Source: an uncultured Alphaproteobacteria bacterium (GTDB lineage Bacteria; Pseudomonadota; Alphaproteobacteria; RF32; CAG-239). From it: a DNA stretch of 64,000 nucleotides. The notes beneath the pieces were generated by a model. The model searched no databases. It was not told the DNA's origin and was given only the letters and a program-made list of their open reading frames with translations. The stretch spans positions 12,658-76,657 of the forward strand of contig CAKQKH010000004.1 in NCBI GenBank assembly GCA_934248075.1. The letters are read 5' to 3'. Shown here one piece after another: positions 41,322 through 49,167 of this stretch (position 1 is the first letter of the stretch; every line of letters starts with the position of its first letter). The translations under genes and the position numbers were made by a program.

Positions 41322-42662
41322 GTGTCAGAATTAACCGAAAACCTATTGCAAGAGCTTGGCAAGCTGGATACCGCCGCTTATTATGGCAAAGTTACCGGCG
41401 TGCAGGGGTTGTTTATTGAGGTCAGCGGCATTCCCGCCGGCTTGTCTATCGGTGATCGTTGCAAGGTTGTCAACAACAACGGCAAAAACGTCGCCTGCGA
41501 GGTTGTTAGTTTCAAGGAAGACAAATTGTTGCTCATGCCCTATGGTTCTTTGGAGGGCATTGGCTTAGGCTGTCGGGTTGAGGTGGAAGACGCTCATCCG
41601 GTGATTTATCCGCACCATTCCTGGTTGGGGCGGATTGTCAACGCTTTTGGCGAGGCCATAGACGGCAAAGGCCCGCTGATTAAGGGCAACAAGCCTTATT
41701 TCATCAAGTCTTCGCCGCCGCCGGCGCAGTTTCGTGACCGTGTCAAAGGCAAGGTTGATTTGGGGGTTAAGGCGGTCAACACTTTTCTCACCATTTGCAA
41801 AGGCCAACGCATGGGCATTTTTGCCGGCTCCGGCGTGGGCAAATCCACCCTGATGTCGATGATGGCGCGCCACACCAGTTCCGATGTTTCGATCATCGGG
41901 CTGATTGGCGAGCGCGGGCGCGAGGCCAAAGAGTTTGTTGAAGATGTTTTGGGCGCCGAGGGGCTGGAAAAATCGGTTTTGGTGCTGGCCACTTCTGATG
42001 AAAGCCCGCTGTTGCGCCGTCAGGCCGCATATGTCACCATGGCGATTGCCGAATATTTTCGCGATGAAAACAAAGACGTTCTTTGCATGATGGATTCAAT
42101 CACTCGTTTTGCCATGGCGCAGCGCGAGATTGCCCTTTCGGTTGGCGAGCCGCCGGCCTCCAAGGGTTATACTCCGAGCGTGTTCTCCGAGCTGCCGCGC
42201 CTGCTGGAGCGAGCGGGGCCGGGGTCTGGCAACGGCACTATCACCGGCTTGTTTACGGTGCTGGTTGACGGCGATGACCACAACGAGCCGGTGGCAGACG
42301 CCGTGCGCTCAATTTTGGACGGGCATATTGTGTTGGATCGAGCCATTGCCGAGCGCGGGCGATATCCGGCGATCAATATTTTGCGCTCCATTTCCCGTAC
42401 CATGCCCGACTGTGATACCAAAGAGGAGTTTGCTCTGGTTTCCAAGGCGCGCAAATACATTGCCGCTTATGAGGACATGGCCGAGCTTATCCGTTTGGGC
42501 GCCTACAAAAAAGGCTCCAACCAGAGTGTGGACGAGGCGATTTTTTATTATCCCAAGCTGGAGGCTTTTTTATCGCAGGGCAAACAGGAGCGTTTCACCT
42601 TGCCCGAGTGTTATGAGTTGTTGGGCAATATTTTGGCGATTCCTTATTCCATGGAAATTTGA
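41322..42662 (+). CDS. fliI: Flagellum-specific ATPase FliI
   Basis: Walker A GSGVGKST, RGREAKEF and LVDGDDHNEP. GTG 41322 with RBS aagggga is preferred over the upstream ATG 41244. Confidence 0.9.
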   Translation: MSELTENLLQELGKLDTAAYYGKVTGVQGLFIEVSGIPAGLSIGDRCKVVNNNGKNVACEVVSFKEDKLLLMPYGSLEGIGLGCRVEVEDAHPVIYPHHSWLGRIVNAFGEAIDGKGPLIKGNKPYFIKSSPPPAQFRDRVKGKVDLGVKAVNTFLTICKGQRMGIFAGSGVGKSTLMSMMARHTSSDVSIIGLIGERGREAKEFVEDVLGAEGLEKSVLVLATSDESPLLRRQAAYVTMAIAEYFRDENKDVLCMMDSITRFAMAQREIALSVGEPPASKGYTPSVFSELPRLLERAGPGSGNGTITGLFTVLVDGDDHNEPVADAVRSILDGHIVLDRAIAERGRYPAINILRSISRTMPDCDTKEEFALVSKARKYIAAYEDMAELIRLGAYKKGSNQSVDEAIFYYPKLEAFLSQGKQERFTLPECYELLGNILAIPYSMEI

Positions 42663-42667
42663 TTTAG

Positions 42668-43093
42668 ATGAACAAGTCTCTCAAAACTCTCAGCCGAATT
42701 CAGAAGTTTCAGATAGATGAGCAGCGCAAGCTTATGGCTGAAAAATTGCAGGAAGAGACCGCGGTTATGGACAATATCCGCCGCATGGACCGCCGCTATG
42801 AGGAAGAAAAGATTTTTGCGGCGCAAAACCCAGCGGTGGCGGATTTCGGCGCCTATACCAAACGTTACTTGCGTTTGCGCCACGCCGAGGAGGATCGTTT
42901 GCAGCAAATTCGGCAAGAGATTGAGCAAATTCGCGATAAAATATCCGATATGTTCAAAGAGCAAAAGACCTTTGAGATTGTGGATCGTCAGCGCGCCGCC
43001 GCCGAGCGCAAGGAAACCGAGCAAAAAGATCAGAAGATGCTTGATGAAATCGGAACCAATGCTTATATCAAAAAACACACCGTCAAAAAATAG
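42668..43093 (+). CDS. fliJ: Flagellar export chaperone FliJ-like coiled-coil protein
   Basis: 141 aa, charged coiled coil, immediately downstream of fliI. Confidence 0.65.
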   Translation: MNKSLKTLSRIQKFQIDEQRKLMAEKLQEETAVMDNIRRMDRRYEEEKIFAAQNPAVADFGAYTKRYLRLRHAEEDRLQQIRQEIEQIRDKISDMFKEQKTFEIVDRQRAAAERKETEQKDQKMLDEIGTNAYIKKHTVKK

Positions 43094-43108
43094 TTTAAGG
43101 AGAACAAG

Positions 43109-43684
43109 ATGTTTGCAATGCAACAACTACCATATTCGTCAGATGCTTTGGAGCCGTATATGTCGCAAAACACGCTTAATTTTCATTATGGCAAGCATTA
43201 TCAGACCTATCTTGACAATCTCAATCGGTTGACTGACAACACTCCATACGCCGAGATGAGTCTGGAGGAGATTATCCGCGCCACTCACGGCCAAAAAGAT
43301 CAGCAGGCGATTTTTAACAATGCCGCTCAGGTGCTGAATCACCAAATGTTCTGGCGCTCGCTCAAGCCCAATGGCGGCGGCGAACCCCAAGGTAAACTGG
43401 CCGAGCGGATCAAGGCGCAGTTCGGCTCGTATGATAATTTTTGTCAGGCGTTCAAAACCGCGGCGCTGAGCCGGTTCGGCAGCGGCTGGGCTTGGCTGGT
43501 GCAAGACGGCGATAAACTGCAGATTCTCACCACTTCCAATGCCGATACTCCGATCGTCCGCGGTTCTAAGGTTATCATCGTGCTTGATGTCTGGGAGCAT
43601 TCTTATTATCTGGATTATCAAAATCGCCGCGGCGATTATATTGATGAATTCTTGGATTATCTGGTCAGCTGGCCGGAGATTTAA
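43109..43684 (+). CDS. sodB: Fe/Mn superoxide dismutase
   Basis: LPYSSDALEPYMS..TLNFHYGKHH-type N-terminus, and DVWEHSYYLDYQNRR. Confidence 0.92.
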   Translation: MFAMQQLPYSSDALEPYMSQNTLNFHYGKHYQTYLDNLNRLTDNTPYAEMSLEEIIRATHGQKDQQAIFNNAAQVLNHQMFWRSLKPNGGGEPQGKLAERIKAQFGSYDNFCQAFKTAALSRFGSGWAWLVQDGDKLQILTTSNADTPIVRGSKVIIVLDVWEHSYYLDYQNRRGDYIDEFLDYLVSWPEI

Positions 43685-43700
43685 CCGCAATTTAAAAACG

Positions 43701-43729
43701 CAAAAGCGCTTCGGAAGAAGCGCTTTTTA
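43701..43729. terminator. Hairpin terminator after sodB (bidirectional)
   Basis: aaagcgcttc-ggaa-gaagcgcttt followed by Ts. Confidence 0.75.
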
Positions 43730-43730
43730 G

Positions 43731-43925
43731 TTAATCACACAAATTGCGCGTGCGCAACTTGTGTATAGAGAAAAGAAAAATTGATATTATGGCTGATGCG
43801 CCTGATGTAAGCAACGCACACTTCATAATTAAAGAGTGTTCCAGCACGCCGGCCACCCAAAAAATCACGATACCCAGCGCCGCGATGACAACGAATACAA
43901 TCGCGGTTTTTTCAATCTTTTTCAT
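43731..43925 (-). CDS. Small two-TM membrane protein (64 aa), hypothetical
   Basis: MKKIEKTAIVFVVIAALGIVIFWVAG...ALLTSGASAIISIFLFSI gives two hydrophobic helices. Confidence 0.4.
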   Translation of the reverse strand: MKKIEKTAIVFVVIAALGIVIFWVAGVLEHSLIMKCALLTSGASAIISIFLFSIHKLRTRNLCD

Positions 43926-44249
43926 ATTCAAATTTTTTTTATTTGTTAATAATTCTTCACTAAACAGCACAATAGCACAAATTCCGTTTTTTGCAATCTT
44001 TTTTGCCGAAAAAATGCCTTATCGGTTTAATTTATAAGTCACTCCCTTGGTTATCCCTAACTTAACCAGAAACCCTTTTTTCATTTGATATTCCCAGATA
44101 AGTCAATATTAATTACCAGATATTCCCAGATAACCGGCGCCGACTTACTCTGATTTCTTGAAATTAGTAAAAATTAGACAAAATTTATTATTTACAGCAA
44201 GGGAAAGATATGATATATTGCCAAACACTAACGTATAAATTAATATATT

Positions 44250-44771
44250 ATGGAAAAAGAAAAAATTTTTGAGCTCTTTGAAGCTATCACCAGCAGTGGA
44301 CAGAACATTTTTGTTAATGATGTCTCCGGTTGGGGAGATGAGGCCAAAGTTCCGGGGTATGAGTTTATCTCTGCCATGGAAGGAAACGGACTGAGAAGGC
44401 ACACAACTAATGCGGAATATATCCCGCAGTACGGATCAGTTCGTCGTGGTAATCATCTGGAAGTCCAGTTGCGCCAAAATGGCGAGGTGGTCAAAAGATT
44501 CGTTCTGGGCGATCTTTTTCCCAACAATCATCTTGTGATTGTAACCAGCGGAGATAGCCTGCGTCGGTTTGCTCCGATTTTCAATACCCGTTCAGAGGTG
44601 ATTGACTGGTGTGTTTTGGTGCATGATTATTGCACCGCGCGCCAGCAAGCCGGTAACCCGACACTATGGTATTGGAAGGGTGACATGGTAGAAATGGCCA
44701 AATTTTTCTACCGTAACAACTCAAACAGAGTTGACGACCGCAGTATATACGATTATTTAACTGAGGTCTAA
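44250..44771 (+). CDS. Hypothetical protein (173 aa), no recognisable family
   Basis: A clean ORF followed by its own hairpin and T-run at 44784-44817. Confidence 0.55.
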   Translation: MEKEKIFELFEAITSSGQNIFVNDVSGWGDEAKVPGYEFISAMEGNGLRRHTTNAEYIPQYGSVRRGNHLEVQLRQNGEVVKRFVLGDLFPNNHLVIVTSGDSLRRFAPIFNTRSEVIDWCVLVHDYCTARQQAGNPTLWYWKGDMVEMAKFFYRNNSNRVDDRSIYDYLTEV

Positions 44772-44783
44772 GGCAACGAACTA

Positions 44784-44817
44784 ACGCTGACGGTTTTATC
44801 CCGTCGGCGTTTTTTTT
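44784..44817 (+). terminator. Rho-independent terminator of the 173-aa ORF
   Basis: acgctgacgg-ttttatc-ccgtcggcgt followed by ttttttt. Confidence 0.7.
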
Positions 44818-44868
44818 GCGCTTTCTAAAATTTTTGGGTTATTGGCCATTTCCATTTTGCCATAAGTT

Positions 44869-44905
44869 TAAAAAAAAAGAGCGGAGTGTAAAATTTACAC
44901 TCCGT
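44869..44905 (-). terminator. Rho-independent terminator of the 300-aa ORF
   Basis: cggagtgta-aaatt-tacactccg, with an A-run on the plus strand (a T-run on the minus strand). Confidence 0.7.
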
Positions 44906-44914
44906 CCTTTCATT

Positions 44915-45817
44915 CTACCACTGGCGGCCCAGCAGATAATCAGCCAATTCTTGGCTTCTTTTCTGCCCCTGCACGTCGAACATGTCGAAGTGCTCGCCGA
45001 GCAGGTCAGCCATCGCCGCCTTGCGTCTGACTATGCCGCATTCGAGCTCATGCTCTGTGCGGTAATCGAGCTCGCTTTCAGCGATCTCTCTAGCCTTGAA
45101 CAGCGCGTCAATCGCCATGTTTTTATCCGCCGCATTAGCCACGAACTTGGCGATAGCCCAAGGCACCTGAGCGGCGTCTGCCAGCTCTTTGACCTTGAAA
45201 TAGAAGGCTCTTTTTTCAGCCTTCTCAGCCGCTACGTCGATCTCAGCTACCGAGCGCAGCTTGTCGAATATAGTATGATCGAAATAGTCCACGCATCCTG
45301 CGTGAATCTCCGCCTCATACTCCTTCTTGCCGCACTGGAGGCGGTAGAAGAAATTCTGGCAGCCGGTTCCGCGCATTCTCGAGACGCTGCGGCTTGAGAT
45401 CACTCGATCCCAGCGGCCGATGTTTCTCATAATCTCCATCGTTATTTCTAACGAATGGATCATATGATCCTCGGCCCAGCGGCGCTCTTCGACAAGGCGC
45501 TGAGCTTCTTCTTCCTCGTGGAGGAAAAAGATCTTATCCTCTTCCGTTCCTTGCGGAAACAAGTAAGAAAACAAGAACTCAAGGAGCGCCTCCCCCGGTG
45601 TGCAAATCTCAGCACCGAGGAATTCCTCAGGCGCCTCGATTTTTTTCACGCTCGTATGATCGTACGAACGGCTCTGCAACCAAAGGATTTCTCCACTGGT
45701 GAGGACAACACGGTAGTCTCTACCGGTTGTCCACATTGTATAACTGTGACCGCCAAGACGGCTGTCATACTGGTTACCACTCATTACGCTGTTGATGTAT
45801 GTTTTCCAATTCTTCAT
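44915..45817 (-). CDS. Hypothetical protein (300 aa), no recognisable family
   Basis: A long ORF using GC-ending codons (AAG, GAC, TTC, CTC, GAG) unlike its neighbours, with its own terminator. Confidence 0.6.
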   Translation of the reverse strand: MKNWKTYINSVMSGNQYDSRLGGHSYTMWTTGRDYRVVLTSGEILWLQSRSYDHTSVKKIEAPEEFLGAEICTPGEALLEFLFSYLFPQGTEEDKIFFLHEEEEAQRLVEERRWAEDHMIHSLEITMEIMRNIGRWDRVISSRSVSRMRGTGCQNFFYRLQCGKKEYEAEIHAGCVDYFDHTIFDKLRSVAEIDVAAEKAEKRAFYFKVKELADAAQVPWAIAKFVANAADKNMAIDALFKAREIAESELDYRTEHELECGIVRRKAAMADLLGEHFDMFDVQGQKRSQELADYLLGRQW

Positions 45818-46162
45818 ATGAAAAAATTGAATTTATGCCATCCACTAATACTGCAATATCTTATAAAACATCTTTCAAGTTAACTATCAGCAAAACCGGC
45901 CAATGCGCAAAGGCAAAGGGAACGACTAAACAGACTACATCTATCGATGCATCCGGACAAACAGCCTGTCCTTAATTAGTCGGAGCCGAACACCGAATTT
46001 TACCTCTAGTTATTAAATGATTTCAATTATACAAAATATTTCCTGCAGCTTTCGCTTCTGGTTTTAAGTTAATTTAAAAATAATATTCTACAATATCTAA
46101 TATACCATAGACAAAAGACCCATGCAACCAAAATCTTCAATCCCCTGCCAACGGCCGAAAAT

Positions 46163-46196
46163 CAAAAAAAATCGGAGTGCAATTTTGCCCTCCGAT
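46163..46196 (-). terminator. Terminator of the antitoxin/zeta operon
   Basis: atcggagtgc...gccctccgat hairpin next to an A-run on the plus strand. Confidence 0.6.
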
Positions 46197-46209
46197 GCTA
46201 TTTGGTTAA

Positions 46210-46866
46210 TTAATCTTTTTTCAGAGATCTTTGCTTATGTTGTAAAAGCGAGGCCATAATATTTGATATTTGTTTTCGGTTTGCGCCAATAAGTCTATCA
46301 ATAGCTGTCTTGCTCCATTTGCTGTTTTTTGCATATTCATCATTTGTATAGACATTTCCATCTTGATCTTTTTGTATAAGTATTACAGGTTGTTCCCATG
46401 AATTGTTATATACCAAAGCCTCATCCGCAATCTCAAATTCTCTAGGCAAAAGAGCCAAAGAATTTTTGTATCTTTTTAGTATTTTATCTTCAGGAACATC
46501 ATGTCCACCTTGTTTTACGCGATTTTTTACTCTTGCAATATTTATTTCAGGATCTTGCGTGCATATAAAATACAATTTTACATGGTATCCGTTATCTTTA
46601 GCGGTTTGCATAAGCTCTGCTTTACTTACATGTGAACCGACCGTTTCAAATGCAAAACTTTTGTGATTGCAGAGAGCACTAGCGCACCTATTCCAAGCCT
46701 CTTCTTGTGCCTGTTTATCCGTTATTTTAAGTTTTTGTTTAAGCTCATCAGCGTTAATATATTCATCAGGAAATCCAGATTGTGCTTTCATACCTTCAGT
46801 CAAAGTTGATTTCCCTGAGCCATTAGGACCGATAAATATCCATAATTCAGGTTGGTTAGCGGACAT
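46210..46866 (-). CDS. Zeta-toxin-fold P-loop kinase (COG4185-type)
   Basis: LWIFIGPNGSGKST, YINADE, SFAFETVGS, GYHVKLYF and RVKQGGHDVPEDKILKRY. The start is trimmed to MSANQPE. Confidence 0.8.
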   Translation of the reverse strand: MSANQPELWIFIGPNGSGKSTLTEGMKAQSGFPDEYINADELKQKLKITDKQAQEEAWNRCASALCNHKSFAFETVGSHVSKAELMQTAKDNGYHVKLYFICTQDPEINIARVKNRVKQGGHDVPEDKILKRYKNSLALLPREFEIADEALVYNNSWEQPVILIQKDQDGNVYTNDEYAKNSKWSKTAIDRLIGANRKQISNIMASLLQHKQRSLKKD

Positions 46867-47062
46867 CAATATGATCCTTGTATAATTTAAAATACAATTT
46901 TTTTCCGTCAGGGTATTTTTTATATAATCCGCGGTCATCACCGTGAGTTGTAGGAAGGTTCTGTTGATGCTCTTTTTCGATTGCTTTTTCTACAGCTTCT
47001 ACCGCAACTTTTTCCCATTTAGTAATGGGACGTTCACTCCATTTTCTTTTTTCCATAACCAC
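46856..47062 (-). CDS. Putative cognate antitoxin (68 aa)
   Basis: A small ORF whose stop overlaps the toxin start by 11 nt. No motif recognised. Confidence 0.5.
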   Translation of the reverse strand: MVMEKRKWSERPITKWEKVAVEAVEKAIEKEHQQNLPTTHGDDRGLYKKYPDGKKLYFKLYKDHIDVR

Positions 47063-47180
47063 TCCGTTTTAAGTGTTAATTTTGGCTAAAATATAACAAT
47101 TTTAGCGAGTTACGTCAAGTGTTTTTTACTCTGCCCCTCAACTTTGACGATAAACCGATGAACCCCTGCGCATCACGCAC

Positions 47181-47210
47181 AAAAAAAGCGCCTCAATGGC
47201 GCTTTTTTTA
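47181..47210. terminator. Hairpin terminator downstream of tRNA-Glu
   Basis: aaagcgcc-tcaat-ggcgcttt flanked by A and T runs. Confidence 0.7.
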
Positions 47211-47211
47211 A

Positions 47212-47287
47212 TGGTGATCCCAACCAGAATCGAACTGGTGTTCTCGCCGTGAGAGGGCGATGTCCTAGGCCGCTAGACGATGGGACC
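47212..47287 (-). tRNA. tRNA-Glu (anticodon CUC)
   Basis: I folded it by hand: acceptor GGTCCCA/TGGGATC, D arm GTCT/GGAC, anticodon stem TCGCC/GGCGA, loop CTCTCAC, T arm ACCAG-TTCGATT-CTGGT, encoded CCA. Total 76 nt. Confidence 0.9.
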
Positions 47288-47306
47288 ATGTGCTTAAGAC
47301 ATCACC

Positions 47307-47335
47307 TTAATAATCTAAAAAAATCTAACTTGCAA
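47307..47335 (-). promoter_or_regulatory. Candidate sigma70-type promoter of tRNA-Glu
   Basis: The minus strand reads TTGCAA-N17-TATTAA, with the -10 hexamer ending 19 nt upstream of the tRNA 5' end. Confidence 0.45.
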
Positions 47336-47358
47336 GAAGTTTTTTTGATTATTTGCGA

Positions 47359-48939
47359 TTAATTAAGACGATTCAGCATAGAAATCTTTTCAAATCCGTG
47401 CTGAGAAAGGATTTGATACGCCAAATAAGCGCCATAGCCGCTATTGTCATAAAGGGCTATATTTTGGTCTTTGGGCAGTCTGTCCAGATTCTGCCGCAGT
47501 TTCGCGAGCGGAAAGTTAATGGCATCCGGCAGATGCCCCAGCACAAAGTTTTGGGGCGAGCGAATATCCACCGGCACGATTTGTCCGTTTAATTCGTCCT
47601 CGCCAATCAGGCGCAACCTTTCTTGCAGGACTTCTTGCGCCATTGAGCCAAGGTTGTTCAACGCGTCTTTGGCGGTGGCATATGGCGGGGCGAATGCCAC
47701 TTCCTCGTCAATCAAGTCGGTGATTTCCGCATTATGCTGCAATTGCACGCTTACGGCGTTGATCCGCTCGGCCACTCCGTTTTTGCCCGCCATCTGCAAC
47801 CCCAGAATTTTGCCGTTTTCCGCAAACAGCAGTTTGAGAAATATTTTTTCCGCCTGCGGATAATAACCGGCATGACTTAGTTGTTGCAAATACAGCTTGT
47901 GATATCGGATACCGGCAAGTTGAAGCTTTTTCTCGGTGCAACCGGTGGCCGCCACCGTATAGTCAAACACTTTGGTAATGTTGGTGTTTATAACCTCGCC
48001 AAACCGGCTGTCAAGCCCGCCGATATGATCAGCCGCCACTCGAGCCTGTTTACTGGCGGAGGCGGCGTTCGGCCAATGCTCCGGCATTTTGCTGATGTGA
48101 TTAATCACCTCCACATTATCGCCGCAGGCATATATATCGGGATCGCTGGTCTGCATATGATGATTCACCTCAATTCCGCCACTATCGCCAATCTCCAATC
48201 CGGCCAAAATCGGCAATTTCACATTTGGTCTGGCACCGGTGGCGATAATCGCTATATCAAAACTGATTTTGCGGCTGTTGTCAAATTTGGCGGTTTGTTC
48301 CCTAAAGGCTGAGATTTGCCGTCCCAAAATCAGGCGCACGCCGTGTCGCCTCAGTTCTTGCGCGGCTATTTGCGCCATATCCTCGTCAAGATGCGGCAAA
48401 ATTTGTTGTCCTTTATCCGCGATTGTAACTTTGGCTTTGAGGTTGGCAAAGGCTTCCGCGGCCTCAACTCCGATGTTGCCTCCGCCCACAATCAGTGCTT
48501 TGCCGGCATTAATTTCGGCGTAATAATCTCTTACGCGCTCCACATTCGCCAATGATTGAAGCGTAAAAATGTTTTCGCCCAAAATTCCCGTAATATCCGG
48601 CCGTCTTTGTTCTCTGCCGGTGGCGATAATCAGCTTGTCATAGCTTTCAGGCGGGCGGTTTTGCAGCATTACCAGCTTTTGCGCCCGATTGATGCCGATA
48701 ACCTCATGTTTCGTTCGCACCGTGATGCGAAAAATATCGCGCATTTGTTCCTCCGTGGCGCCGATCAAGTCCTCTTTGTTTTTAATCTGTCCCGACAACA
48801 GATAAGTCAGCCCGCAGCTGGCCACGGCAAATTCCGGGCTTTTTTCCAGCACCAAAATCTCCGCGTTTTCATTAATGCGCCGCAGTCTGGTAGCGGCTGC
48901 AATTCCGGCGTTGCCCCCTCCGATAATAACCACTTTCAT
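47359..48939 (-). CDS. CoA-disulfide reductase / NADH oxidase-family flavoprotein with a C-terminal rhodanese domain
   Basis: MKVVIIGGGNAGIAAA, redox Cys in AVASCGLTY, a second GGGNIGVE motif, and a C-terminal rhodanese-like GHLPDAINFP. Confidence 0.85.
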   Translation of the reverse strand: MKVVIIGGGNAGIAAATRLRRINENAEILVLEKSPEFAVASCGLTYLLSGQIKNKEDLIGATEEQMRDIFRITVRTKHEVIGINRAQKLVMLQNRPPESYDKLIIATGREQRRPDITGILGENIFTLQSLANVERVRDYYAEINAGKALIVGGGNIGVEAAEAFANLKAKVTIADKGQQILPHLDEDMAQIAAQELRRHGVRLILGRQISAFREQTAKFDNSRKISFDIAIIATGARPNVKLPILAGLEIGDSGGIEVNHHMQTSDPDIYACGDNVEVINHISKMPEHWPNAASASKQARVAADHIGGLDSRFGEVINTNITKVFDYTVAATGCTEKKLQLAGIRYHKLYLQQLSHAGYYPQAEKIFLKLLFAENGKILGLQMAGKNGVAERINAVSVQLQHNAEITDLIDEEVAFAPPYATAKDALNNLGSMAQEVLQERLRLIGEDELNGQIVPVDIRSPQNFVLGHLPDAINFPLAKLRQNLDRLPKDQNIALYDNSGYGAYLAYQILSQHGFEKISMLNRLN

Positions 48940-49167
48940 TGCCCTCAACACCTCCCTGACACTAAAATATAGCCGTAATTGCAAAATTTAAGGGCGTGGC
49001 GCTGAATAAATGCTGTTTTTTTTGCTTGACTCTTGTGCGTAAAGCTAATATAAAAACCTCAGATTTTTCAATTATGACAACGAAAAATTCAACTACTCCG
49101 AGGAGTACCGCCAGTCAGCGAGGGTTCGCACACTGGCGCGTTAGAGGTTTAAATTTTGGGATTGACG

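Noticed and set aside
48985-49167. Possible small RNA (for example 4.5S/ffs) upstream of ffh.
   Set aside because: There is no conserved SRP RNA domain IV-like motif or convincing hairpin-terminator structure. It is most likely only the divergent promoter region.
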